Positions 1-12,575 of a DNA stretch of 60,026 nt are shown here, piece after piece. The DNA is taken from the NCBI GenBank assembly GCA_000934665.2, contig JYFJ02002296.1, forward strand, positions 1 through 60,026, read 5' to 3'. The notes below the pieces were generated by a model that was not told the DNA's origin, made no database searches, and saw nothing but the letters and a program-made list of their open reading frames with translations. Position 1 is the first letter of the stretch, and every line of letters begins with the position of its first letter. This stretch comes from Catajapyx aquilonaris. Taxonomy: Eukaryota. A program made the position numbers and the translations under genes.

Positions 1-848
1 ATGGTTTGGATGGGAGTCGCGGCCGTCCTGGGCGCAAAGGGTGAGAACGACCATAATGCCCATGTGTGCGCCTAATTGAAAAAGGCTGTTGCCTTTTTCC
101 CAGTGGATGACTGCAAATTCAGATGGAAGAACCTGCGGGATAGGTTCGTCCGGATGAAAAAAGGAGGCAACGAGAGTGGTAGAAGCAACAGTGCGGATGC
201 CGAGTCCTGGCCGTTAATGACGACGTTGGCGTTCATGGATGGGCATATTTCGCATCGGTAAGCTTCGTATTCATCCGACGCTAACGTGTACTCATATTGC
301 GCCCTTACAGGAAATCCAGGTACAGGAACCTTCTACCAAACCATGGCGGAATCACGGCCCCTGTTGACCGTCCCATGATCCTGCTCAGCTGTAACTACAG
401 TAACGGACCAGTACCTTCCGAGCAGCCCATGTTGCCGCCACCTGATCAGCCCGTGACGTTGCCGCTACCTCCGGATCTGCCTTTGACGCTCTCAGCAACA
501 AACTGCGACTCTCCAACACCATCAGCGACCATGATGCGTGATCCCCTCCAAGTAATGACCCCAACACCGGCGGAAGAGGAAGCTATTAGTACCTTTTGCC
601 CTCCTAGAAGAAAAAGGCAGCATATTCCGGAGCAGGGACAGACGAACCTGCGAGAAACGATGGAAGCGAGCGTCAGAAAAATTGTTGCCAGTTTGGATGA
701 GATTGAAGACGGACCTTCGCTCTTCGGAACGTTTTTGGCCACCAAATTGCGCGGGTTCTCGAAGAAAAAGCAAACTCAGGCGCAAATAAAAATTCTGCAG
801 ATAATTAGTGACATGGAAGAAGACGAAGGGGATGAATCAGTATCATAG
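1..848 (+). CDS. MADF-BESS domain protein (5' partial, 3 exons visible)
   Basis: Exons 1-40, 104-257 and 311-848 join in frame through GT-AG introns. The product reads ...VWMGVAAVLGAKVDDCKFRWKNLRDRFVR... (MADF Trp pattern), then a Pro-rich linker, then DGPSLFGTFLATKLRGFSKKKQTQAQIKILQII (BESS-like). Confidence 0.85.
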
Positions 849-1922
849 GTTCGACTTCGATATGAATCTTATCGAGTACTTGTTCTTGGAGAGGATCACA
901 TTTCATATGACATTTGATGAAAATGTGGCGGCACAAATGCATTTTAAAAAAGTAGGTTGAGAGCAAGGAACGTATTTAATTATTATTTAACATACCTGAA
1001 CATGTATTTTGTACCCATTAATATTTTGAAGATAATATTGCTTTTCATGATTCGCGTAAACTTTAGTTGCATGAAGTACGTAAGATCATTTACCTCATGT
1101 CGACAGATAATCTCTCGCCCCTAATTAGGGATAAGGTTGCAATTAAAAGTACAATCGGCCCTGCAGATATTTTATAGGCTGCCCATTTCTTATTAGTTTT
1201 GAGATGTATTTTTTTAGATGGAGCCGTTACAATTTGGTTTGACCCGTGTTTTTCATATAAGCGAGTACTTTTTCATGGAAGGAGTCGAGTACTACGGTTT
1301 GCGTAAACCTGCTGCTAGAGCAAGATAGTAGTATGTCCTGCCGAGCAATCAGCAAGAGATAATAAACTGCGTGAAAGTTACATAATCGTGTACTCGTACG
1401 TAATTTCTTCACCATACTCCTCTGAAAGTTTGCGACTAATGTATTATCGAGCATTTACAGTGAGCATTCAAATTGATCCACAATATTTTTATTTGTAACC
1501 TGCGAAAAATACAGCATGACCTTAAAATGTAAAATAACATCATACAATAATAATTATGTGCACTAAAAAGTGATGGTTCCAGTGCCGTTTAATAATCTGT
1601 TCAAACTGTTGGGAGAGACAACTAAAAGCCGTGCGGCACTGGATAGGAAAGTGGAATGTATCTGCTTAGCTAACATCGTTGTGTACATTAGTTTTCATTT
1701 TAACGGCTTCATTGAGAGTCAGGAAAAAAGAGGTGTGTACTTTGCTCTCTTTAATTCAATTGAAGCAATTACTGATTTTATTTATTTTTTCATGTTGACG
1801 ACAGTATACAGCAGGATAAGTGAAAGCTGCAGTCCTGTCACACACATTGCCGTATTATTTACACTTATACTGAGTGGTGTTCCGTACGTGTTCATGCGAG
1901 AATGACAGATCATTCTGCTCCT

Positions 1923-4900
1923 TTACTTTGACTCGAGGCCTTTTTCAATGACGCTAACCAAGTATGTTGCAGCCTTCTTCCATGCTTCGGTGGCCTCTGG
2001 AGTCATCAGCTCTCCAATGTTGGCGTTCAGAAATTCCATAAGCACTATGCAAACAATCTGGCGAAAAAAAATACAAGACACTGATATAATTTTTCTCTGT
2101 TCTAATATATTATGAAGCATTTTAGAAACCGACCTTAAAGTCTTCCTTGGTTAACTTCCTTCTTGCGTGGTTCTCTCCAATTTTAAGCAGAAGTGGCTCC
2201 AGGGTTTCAACGTGGTCTAAGTTGTCCACCAAGCTGGTCAGAGACGTCATCACGTTGATTCCATGTGCGGCCAGGAGTCTGTTGTCCTCCAGGTCTTCCA
2301 GAGAAACCTTTGCAAACCCACGGAATAGCGGCTGGAACTGTGGCCTTGCTCTGAACAAACTGCCAAAAAATAATATTGGGAATATTTTAGTCCATGAAAT
2401 TGCATTTTTTTTTTTACAAACTGTGAAGTTTTTACAATCGTGAAGTTTTTACAAACTGTGAAGATTTTTCCAGTGATATGTTGCTATCTCATTGTACTAA
2501 CAGTATTACAATCTCAAAGGAAACTGGCTGATATTGACCCACTTTTTTTCGACTGGTCCGTAAAAAGCAGCTAATTTCGTATGCAGAGCCATAATTAGAA
2601 ATGAAAGCGAAATCGTGTTTTCACTCTGGAGTGGCTAAAAAAAATTGCATGTCAAAAATGCTAATACAGCCAGCCCCCCTCCCACCCCAAAAAAGTCAAC
2701 AGTCGATAAAAAAATATGAGTTTAAGGTATATACACTGGGATGCCCTTGACGGTTGTGTAATATTTGTCACGAAATCTCTCTAATTACGATAATGGACAG
2801 TTGGGTAAACTTTTCTTTTTTTTCCAGAAGCAGAAGAGTCGTCCATCCTGGACAATAAAGTGGATTAATACAATTAAGTTAAGGCTTTTCTATTGTCTTA
2901 TCCTTCCCACAAACATCAATTTGGAAGATTGCTTCGAAAAAAAAAAAGCAGCTAATTTTGGCACATCTATATCAGGGAGCATATACTACAATAAGAGGCA
3001 CAAAGATTCGATTTCCGAGTCTCTCTGTTTGGGGCCGTTGCCAAAGCTGGCGGCCATCTTGAGGTGTGGGGAACGCCAACGAGGTATAAATAGGGTACAG
3101 GCAAAAATATGGTCCGCCATCTTTGATTCGCGCGTGTTCTTGCCATGGCCGCCAAAACCATCAAAGATGGCGGACCCTATTTTTTTGCCTGTACCCTATT
3201 TATACCTCGTTGGCGTTCCCCACACTTCAAAATGGCCGCCAGCCTTGGCAATAACGGCCCCAAACAGAGAGACGTGAACAGGCGCCTCTTATGTAGTATA
3301 TGCTCCCTGTCTATACACGACATGTCTATATAAATGTTACAGAAAAATAAACACTGAGGGCCGAATTCAGAGAGGTTGCTTAACGTAAACGCGCCCGATT
3401 AAATCCTTTAGTCAGCCTCGATTAGCAAATTTAATCAACCTGCTAATACAAAGACGGCGATTAGCGCTAAACGCCCTCTAATCGCACTTGCTAGCACTTT
3501 TACCCAGGTAGCACAAAAATTGGGCCAATATTGGGCGAATGTCGGCCCAATAACTTGAATCTTGGGCCAACATTGGTCCAATATTGGCCCAACTTTTTGT
3601 GCTACCTGGGTAAATTTGCTAATCGAGGATGACTAAAGGATTTACTCGGGCGTGTTTACGTTAAGCAACCTCTCTGAATTCGGCCCTGAATTTTTTTAAA
3701 TTGTTGCTCGTTGCGCTTCAGGGAATTTTTTGAGCACAACAATGAACACACTGCAATTTTTTTAATCGCCATTTTTTTTTAAATGTCCATGCCTGTGACT
3801 ATATATACTCCCTCCAAGCCTCTCTCTATGTAATTTTTTGCGAATGACAATTGGCCATTTCCTGTTGCATCTCCTGTCAGTCACGCTTCTTGTGTGAACA
3901 GAATGATTGCAGGGTTGGGGCTATTAGAGTTGAGCTGGCTCTGAACAGTCAACGGTGTCAACAAGTGTAAAAAAAAAAATGACAATAATGACATCCTGCG
4001 CTTTCAAAAGACATGTCTTCAATTGCATTGAATGCATTTGATTCGATTTAAAAGACTCTGTGTATGATGTACGAGTCTGCACAGAGATGACATATGCAAT
4101 GATAGCCAATATCTTCTCTATACAAGTTGAAGGTTGCGACAATGGACACAATCTGAGAGAATTTTCTCATATACTATCAGCACTTGACTTTTTTTTTTTT
4201 TGCCAAATCGCATGATGAACATGAATGGTCCGGAAAAAAGATTTCTTTCGCAACCCCGGATTTCCGTACCATGCGCAAAAAAAACGCTTCAAAAAACCAG
4301 TGTGATCTGACTTTTTAAAAAAAATTCGCCAAAAAAATGTGACGATGATATTAAAATTATTGGCCATCTGCCAGAGAAGCCTGGCCCGCGACCCTTTAAC
4401 TACGACAACAAAGTAATTCGGGTAATAAAAGGGGACTACTTATGAAAGGGGAATGAAGATAAATTGCACTGGAAACCGTGACATGCCGACCTCCTTTTAA
4501 AAAAACACATCAAGATTATTATTTTAGGGGTCAAAATGGCCAAGGTTTTTTCCTTTTTGCCATATTATGAATTCCACAGCAGACACAACATCATTGCGAA
4601 TTATTTGCACATGCTGTTCTCGCAATTTGTTGCACCGGGGGGGGGGGATCGGCACGTATGTTTCTGAAGAAAAAAAAATTGCAACAATTGCGCAAATTCT
4701 AAAAACTGACAGTAGCTAACAATCTGCAGAAATTTGTTAAGGGGAAAAAAAAATCGCCACGTATTTTTTTAAAATGAAAAGTTGCAACAATTGTGCCATT
4801 TTGAAACGGAGTGTTAAACACAATAAATTTTTTTTTTTGCGACGTCACTCTACGTACATTTTCCTTTCTGTACCTGAAGAAATAACAAACATATTGTGTA

Positions 4901-5446
4901 ATTATATGGTCGCGGGAAAGTCCATAAAAGTTGGTATATTACTTCACGCCAAACCTGACTGTAAAAGGTCAGAAGGTTCCACATTCCGCGAAATCTCTTT
5001 TACTATTGCGAATCATATACAAGGTCGCCAATTTTTTTTTCGTTTAATTTTTTTTTTTAAAAAAAAGGACGAGGAAAAAAAGTTACACGAATTGTTAACT
5101 CCAGAAAACCAGTTTTGAAGAACTGGGCCACATCAGTGTGGCCTTTTCTTTCTCTTCCTCGTCTCCTTGAACTTGCCCATTTTTTTGGGCGGTGTATAAA
5201 GCATGCTTATTGCAGCAATTACATCGCATGCACCTGTTTGTAATTGCTTCCATTACATAACCTGTTTTTCTTTTCTCTCTCTCTCCATCCCCACCTATCA
5301 AATAATAATAAAAAAATAGATGCTTACTCAATGAAGAAGCGTACTCCGAAGGCCTTGGGGTCCTTTCTGATGGGTACCCATGTGCCCCGGATTATCTTGA
5401 TCTGTCCGGAGGTCAATCCAGTCACCGGATCACTGTTGCCCGACAT
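1923..5446 (-). CDS. Intracellular haemoglobin-like globin, about 159 aa, 3 exons
   Basis: Exons 5446-5328, 2359-2134 and 2057-1923 splice in frame. CD1 Phe (PQFQPLF), distal E7 His (LAAHG), proximal F8 His (GENHARR) and H-helix AWKK are present. Introns fall at B12.2 and G7.0. No signal peptide or N-terminal MG acylation motif. Confidence 0.95.
2973..3309. mobile_element. Foldback MITE with CAGGG termini, copy 1
   Basis: Long inverted arms cagggagcatatactaca...tgtagtatatgctccctg; 7-bp flanks tctatat/tctatac; related copy at 28461-28796. Confidence 0.85.
3358..3686. mobile_element. PIF/Harbinger-like MITE with a nested insertion
   Basis: About 75-bp TIRs gggccgaattcagagaggttgc.../...gcaacctctctgaattcggccc; 3-bp TSD TGA. 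Confidence 0.85.
3503..3610. mobile_element. Nested small MITE (CCCAGGTAGCACAAAA termini)
   Basis: Perfect TIR cccaggtagcacaaaaa/tttttgtgctacctggg flanked by TA, with internal ccaatattgg repeats. Confidence 0.8.
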
Positions 5447-5580
5447 CCTTCTGTAGGTTGTTGTTGCTGTTGTTGTGTTGTTGTGGCTATCTGAAGGATG
5501 TGTGTGTGTATGCTGAGAGAGAAAGTGTTGCTTTGCAGGTCTGACCGACAACTGACCAAAAGCAAAGGAGGTGCGCCCTT

Positions 5581-5588
5581 TTTATATA
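5581..5588 (-). promoter_or_regulatory. TATA box of the globin gene
   Basis: TATATAAA on the minus strand, about 135 bp upstream of the globin ATG. Confidence 0.6.
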
Positions 5589-6117
5589 CCGGTTTCCAAG
5601 GCTAAGGTTACTGCTGCACGCCAGGTGGCAACACCTGCTCATCAACTTCATCGTATAGGACACATAAAAACATACAGACATAGATGTGCTGATATATCAG
5701 ATGACAGATTGAGTATATAATAAGGGGGGGAAAAATGCAGCAAAACGATTGTTTACAATTTTTGAGGGAGCAATAATCACAACTATATACTGTAAAAATT
5801 GAAAAGTAATTCTAATAAGTGAACTAAATTGTTAGCAAATTATTTTTTTTTCGTGGGGCATATCAATCAGTCAATCGATCAATCATCCTGATATCGTTGA
5901 AATAAATTCTCTTCTGCATACAATAGTGATTGATGAATTCCGGGGGGGTCGCTTATGGCTCGTGGCAGATAATTATTTTTTTAAAAAAATTTAATTATAT
6001 TGAGATTAAAATGTTTCCGGTTATCTCTACGTACCCCATGAACCCATCGATGAGATACAATATGAGATCATACAGGCCAGTTACTATGTATATTTTCAAC
6101 AATCCGCCATTCAGAAA

Positions 6118-6368
6118 CTGGTAGCACAAAAAGTTGGGCCAACATTCGCCCAATATTGGGCCAACATTCGTCCAATATTTGTTATTTTTATTTTATTTAT
6201 TTACGATACCCCTTTCGAGGGCGGGCCCTTTTTGGGGGACACATTCGTCCAATATTGGGCCAACATTCGTCCAATATTGGCCCAACATTTGTCCAATATT
6301 GGCCCAACATTTGTCCAATATTGGGCCAACATTCGTCCAATATTGGCCCAACTTTTTGTGCTACCGGG
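6118..6368. mobile_element. Second copy of the GGTAGCACAAAAA MITE with internal ~22-bp tandem repeats
   Basis: ggtagcacaaaaagttgggccaa...ttggcccaactttttgtgctacc; repeated unit ccaatattgggccaacattcgt. Confidence 0.75.
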
Positions 6369-7204
6369 ATCCATGAAGCGTAAAACAGGCTTTTTTTGTG
6401 TGTGTTCAGTGCAGACATTTTATTAGTGCAAATTTTTTTCTATATAGCCTTGTTGTGGTTTTATACCAGTCATCCACAGTACGCACACACACAAAAAATG
6501 ACGGATGCGCAAATGACAGAAGTCATGTTACCTAATTTCATGTACGTACAAATCATTTCCTGGTGTATTTCTGCGTCGTCATGAGCCTAAGTAGGTCTGC
6601 ACAAGTACTTCGTATTATGTGCATTACAATACGTGTATTATAAGGAGTGGTTGAGATGCACCTTTATTTTTTGTGTGTGTGCTGCGTTATTTCAAGTGCG
6701 CACACCTGCTCATCCTTATATTTATTCACCATAGGGAAGGGGGAAAAAAAAACAAAGGCGCGCGCGTCTTATTCATATGCAATGAGAGAGAATATTATTA
6801 TTCCTGAATAAAGGTCGCTTGCTGAATTTTGATGTGGACCTAGCCCTACTTTTGCTGCTTTGGACATATAGCCTATGTGTGATGGATTCCTTTCAGAGCA
6901 GGTTATGTAACCCCCGCAACTGGCACGTGTACCGTATCTTCATCAACGAAAAGATTCGGAGGCAACAGATAAAATGATGATCTGCGTAACGAAATACAGA
7001 TATAGAAGCTCTTAATGTTATTGCTATATATCATTGTGCCACTTGATATGATGTCAAAAAGGACAACGCAATGTCATGTACTATTGCGTTTGGTTGACAA
7101 TAGTACACGTTTAGGCAATAAAGGCCGCAGATCTCGTTATATCATCGACTGAAGAACAATGTAACTAACATGTGTGTGTATCACCAAAAAGAAACAAAGT
7201 CTAA

Positions 7205-7325
7205 CCTCATCCTGAGACCCCTGGTACACTATACTGTACCTTTGTCTTTTACGCGTTTGAGTTAGTCAGAAGGTTCTGGAAAAAAAACAAAGGTACAGTA
7301 TACTGTACCAGGGGTCTCGGGAGGT
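7205..7325. mobile_element. Short inverted-repeat element, possibly a piggyBac-like MITE
   Basis: gagacccctggtacactatactgtacctttg pairs with caaaggtacagtatactgtaccaggggtctc; flanks ctaa/ttaa. Confidence 0.55.
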
Positions 7326-8313
7326 TAAAAGTCCGAAAGAATGTCAATATATGTATGTCTAGCACAAAAAATGACATATTTTATGCAGACGAAGACATAC
7401 TCAAAATTTGGTAAAGAGAACAAGTAATTTTTTAATAAAAAGAGAGTAATATCATGAATATATTACAGAAGTTTGTAAAATGTACATTAATTTATTGTAC
7501 TTGTACAGTGCACAGTATATATATATATATATATATTTGAAGCACCTTCTGGCACCTTCGGGTCCTTGAGTCGATGTCCTTTCCCAGGGTGAAAAAAAAT
7601 AATTTATCAATTGCCATTCCCTGATAATAAGTGAAGTGGTGGGCATTGCTCGAGCTCCATAAGATTAAAACCTTTCTGGAAGCTAGTTACATTATAGTGG
7701 GGGGGGNGGGGGGGGGGGAGCAGCATTGATCAAAATTTTGACAGATAAGTCAATTGAAGTGAGTCATTCGAGTCAAGCGACACTTATGGATATAATTTCG
7801 TCATACTATATATACACAAGGAGACACAAAGTATATGTAATAACAGCAGTTGATTGAGCCATTTTTGTTAAAAAAAATAACCACACTGTTTTTTTAAAAA
7901 AAGTTTAATTAGAGTGTGATCCTTTTTGGATTGTACATTAGGAGCAAATTCCAGTAAATTTTTTCTGGTCTGAATTTGGGCAAAATATGACTGATATGAC
8001 TCAACATTTTTTTAAAAATCCGGTGGTACTCTCTTTAATATGAAGGCAAACTTTACTTTTAATTAAGATTAAACAAAATATTAAATAAACTATTAACATC
8101 ATTTCATTAAATAATGCAGTGTATTAGTAATAAAATAATATATCAAATATTAAATGAACAATTAACATCATTTAATTAAGTAAACAATTCACACCATTTA
8201 ATTAAATAAACAATTGACATAATTTAATTAAATAATACAGTGTATTAGTAATAGCAGAATATATCAAATCTTACATAAGCAATTACCATCATTTAATTAA
8301 ATACCGTAATAAA

Positions 8314-8616
8314 AAATAAACCGTGCTCGCTCAGAATGTCCTCAAATTGTAAAATTGCAAAATATTGTTATGTTATTACTAATAATTAAATAATGCAAAT
8401 TATTTATTTAATATTTTATATATTATTTTGTTACTAATACAGTGTATTATTAATAAAATAACGTTATATTATTTTATTAATAATACACTGTATTAGTAAC
8501 AAAATAATATAATATAAAATAAATAATTTACATTATTTAATTAACAATACAGTGTCACAAAACAATATTTTTGCAATTTTACAATTTGAGGACAGTCTGG
8601 TCGTGCACGGTTTATT
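8314..8616. repeat. AT-rich foldback inverted repeat upstream of THAP-ZF gene A
   Basis: aataaaccgtgc...tcctcaaattgtaaaattgcaaaa pairs with ttttgcaattttacaatttgagga...gcacggtttatt. Confidence 0.65.
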
Positions 8617-8794
8617 TTGATGTGCCTGTACATATGAATAGCAGGCAGGCTGCAATTCGCTTTGCAATTAGGCTTCAATTATTATTGTGCATTACTTTTC
8701 GTCTTTAAAAAACAAATGGAATTGCACAGTTCGATTTGATTGATTTCGAGTCGAAGGAGTCGTCCAGATTGATTGGGAGAAGCCTGGGTTTGCC

Positions 8795-11646
8795 ATGGCC
8801 CAGAGGAGATGCTGCGTCTCCGGATGTTCCAACAGCGGCAATGAGAGAGCATCAGCCGCAATAAGCATCACTGGAGAAGAAGAGTTCAATTACTTTCCTT
8901 TCCCAACAGCCGATTACGACCAGTTAGTCAAGTGGATGTGGGCCGTGGTTAATCCGGGTTGCTCCCTGGTGTGCTCCAGGCACTTCAGGGATTCAGACTA
9001 CGTGGCCATCAACAAGGGCACGTCGTCAGGTTGCCCGACGCTCAATGCCGATGCCGTTCCGATGCTCAACCTGCCTCAAGGTAACTCCAAAAAAAAAGGT
9101 TTTTATGATCATAATGCGGATAATTATTACGGAATGAAAAAACCTTGGGTTGTCCAAGGTGAACAACGTCTTGCGATTGAAGGTCAATATGAAAGTAATA
9201 AGCTTGAGCCATTCCAATAGTAACAATTATATGACATGTGTTTATTTTAAATTATTGTGTTATTCAATAATTATTGTTTACATACTAATTTCATGCAATA
9301 TGCCTGTAATGAATTTTTTTAAAAATAATCATAAAGATGTCCAGCCAAAAAACATGTTTTATTTGTACATTTTATAAAGCCAACATTTCGTGATCTGGAA
9401 TTATGTGGCTTTCATTGTTTTCTTCCAGAAGATGCCCTGTTGTCTTCCGTACAGACAGCTTTTCCTGAATCAGCTTTTCCTGAATTTGCAATTCCGCAGC
9501 ATAACGATGGGCCACAAAAAATTTCAGAAGAGGTACATCAGGACAAGCCGTTGCTGTCAGCACTGGATGAAAATAATGACCAAGTTTTAGATGAAGCGAC
9601 AGATAAGTATGTGGCATTGAACGACAATAAGTTAATGCGGTACTACCAAAAATACAGCTTGCCTCGATAAATGGTCGACGTTCAATAACAATTTGCTCTG
9701 TTGTATGTTAATATGGTTGTTGCGACTAAAAAGCAAATCGCTGTCCATTTCTAGACGCTTAAAAAAACCTACATATTTTTTTTTTGTATGTCTCATATAT
9801 TGTTACCCTTCGCAGGTATGCAGGTGACCATACTTACCAATTCGCCAATGAAGCTCCAGCACTTCCGCTGCACTCACAGGACGAGAGTGAGTCTTCTCGA
9901 CAAGAACCAGAAGAGCGGCATGTTGTTGTCTACGTTAAAAATCCTGATAGGATGACCAGGGAGGACGATTTCAATCGCAAAGTATGCGCAGGAAGTCATA
10001 TGTAAAGCGATTGTAACGAATTGCTAATTAAATTTCGATTGCAGGAAGACCGATTGGGGCGCATGGAAGTTAAAGAGGAGCTTGGAGATGGACAATCCAG
10101 GTCTGGTAGAAAGAAGTACAGATGCAGAGTTTGCGATAACTTTTTCGTAACAAGACAGGAAGTGGCCAGTCACCTGCGGATGCACCTTAAAAGACGTCAT
10201 ACACATCGAGCCAGAGGCGACGTTCTGTTAAAAGAATGTGAAGATGAGCTTGTTTTAGAGAAACACAAAAGAGTGCGCACTAAGAAGATAAAGAGGAACG
10301 ACGAAATGTATGAATGCGAGATGTGTGGGGAGTTGTTCAAGCAGAGATGGTCCTTGGTGATGCATTGCAAGATGCACAATAGACAGACGAATGTGTGCGG
10401 AACGTGTGGGAGAGTATTTGCGTACAATTCCGAGTTAACCAAACATCAGCGCGATCACCTCACCGACACATCAAACGTGCAAAAAGTCGACTTGATGTCG
10501 TTGTTGAACCTCAGTTGCGTGAACCTCGAAAGCGATGAACATACTGTGGCTTCAGGTGTGAGTAGCTCTCCTCACGTGACACAAGTGACTGAGGCATCAG
10601 TGTTGAGTTCAGATGAGATGACACATCTGAAGGACTTGGCTGTCGTATCTTCCGACTTCAAGACGGAGCAACTTGCATGCGATGAACTGTCCAGCGTAAC
10701 ATTGCTGGACAGTAGCATTACTCTTACTGAGCGTAAATCATTTGAGAAGCCGCAAGTTCCCAGTGGCTCAAAGTCATGCGTCCTTAAGATGTTCAGTAGC
10801 AGGCCAGCACAGCGGAAAGCATCAAGCGCCGCTCAAACTTGGGGCAAAGAGCTTTTCAAGTGCGACGTTTGTAACAAGAAGTTTTTTCAGAGTGCGTACT
10901 TGGAGAAGCATTTAAAGCAACACACACTGCCGTTTGGATGTAACGTCTGTGGGAAAGAGTTTGCGTTGGAGACGGAATATATTGCGCATCAAAAGTTGAG
11001 TCAGTTTAAGCAATGTAAACAGGAGGAGCCTATCTTGTGTGGTGTATGCGGAAAGACTTTTAAACATAAGGCGTGGTTAACGACTCATATGACGTCGCAC
11101 TCTGGAGAGAAACCGCATATGTGCGAGACATGCGGAAAGCAGTTTGTGTGGAATGCTTCTTACGCTAAGCATAAGAAAATATGCTCCAAATCTGGACAGC
11201 CATCGCATGCGATTGAGAAATTGTGTAAATGCGATATATGCGGAAAGGCATTTAGGGACAATTGGTCGCTAGAAGTGCATTTTAGGACTCACACCGGTGA
11301 GAAACCATACGTATGTGACACATGCGGGAAAGCGTTATCTCATAAACGCTCTTTGATCAAGCACCAGCGGATTCATGCTGGAGAGAAACCGTACGTATGC
11401 GAGACATGCGGAAAGCATTTCCACATGCTGGCGTCACTCAATTCTCACCGCACGATTCACACTAGGGAATGGAAGTACAAGTGCAACATTTGCGACAAGG
11501 TATTCCGCACTAGCGGGACACTAATGAAACATCACCGGACACACATCGGATTAGAGAAGCCATACTTTTGCAGCATATGTGACAGGAAATTCAAGAACAG
11601 ATCGTCGCTGATAACGCATCATAATAAGATGCATACTGGAATCTGA
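8795..11646 (+). CDS. THAP-C2H2 zinc-finger protein A (about 12 fingers)
   Basis: Exons 8795-9080, 9429-9606, 9816-9981 and 10045-11646 are phase-consistent. THAP pattern CCVSGC..FPFP..W..VCSRHF..AVPMLNL, DHTY motif, TGEKP-linked fingers; AATAAA at about 11702. Confidence 0.9.
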
Positions 11647-12575
11647 AGCGCGCTGTTTACGGCTGTAAAAAAACAGCTGAAATGTAAATGTGGTAAGAAC
11701 AAATAAAATATATATAAAAACTAATAGATCATTCTGCGTAATTGTTCATAATTTTGAAAAGTGTTCATTTCAATACGAAAGCCAGTAAATACTTACAATG
11801 TTGATATTACGCCACTTCTGTACTGCTCATTGCCTTATTAAAATAGTTGAAAAATTTAATAATCAACATTAGTCCTCAGTAATGTACCACAATTAATCAG
11901 AAACAGTCCACAAAAAAATAATGTAAATTAATTTTTGTATTTTACGCGGGCAAGATTTGAAATATCAGCTTCTTTTTTTTAAAAAAATAACTGCTGTGCG
12001 ACATACGGCTTGAACAACTCTCGTGACATCTGGCGGCGAAAATTATAAGCTCGCACCTGCGATAGGCTTAAGCGCTTTTAGAGTTCTGCTTGTGACCTCA
12101 CTTTTGTTATCAACCAGTGCACTCCCGGCGTTTAAAAATATTTTAAAAATTACTTCGGACGTCATGAGTAGCAAATATGACCCACAATGACATTTCTTTT
12201 TTGTATGAAAACTTATTGAGCAATTGAGGATTAATTAAATTGAAAAGAATCGCGCTTAATGCTATCAGCGATAGTTAAAACTCGCTGCTACTTACAAACG
12301 CGATGCTATTTCGTTCTATTCTAATTAGGTTTTTTTTTAAGCGTCTGTTAATTAGTACTGGTTCTCTTTACAATTAAAGACGATTTAGCCCTGCCGAACA
12401 GCATCTGGAAGGTCTGTATGATAACTGTACAAGTACTGAACATTTTGCACACACCCATACTTGGTAAAGTAAAATCAATCGAACAGTACAGTTGGAATAT
12501 GAAGGAAAAAAAAAAAGTGTTCTATTCTTTACTTATTGTTATAATTACTTTTTGGTTAATTTTTCCCACAGAATA

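Noticed and set aside
2765..3333. ORFs shared with 28460-28841
   Set aside because: They are translations of the palindromic MITE.
7697..7720. Poly-G tracts (also near 34226-34243) as G-quadruplex elements
   Set aside because: They contain N bases, so their length is unreliable, and there is no functional evidence.
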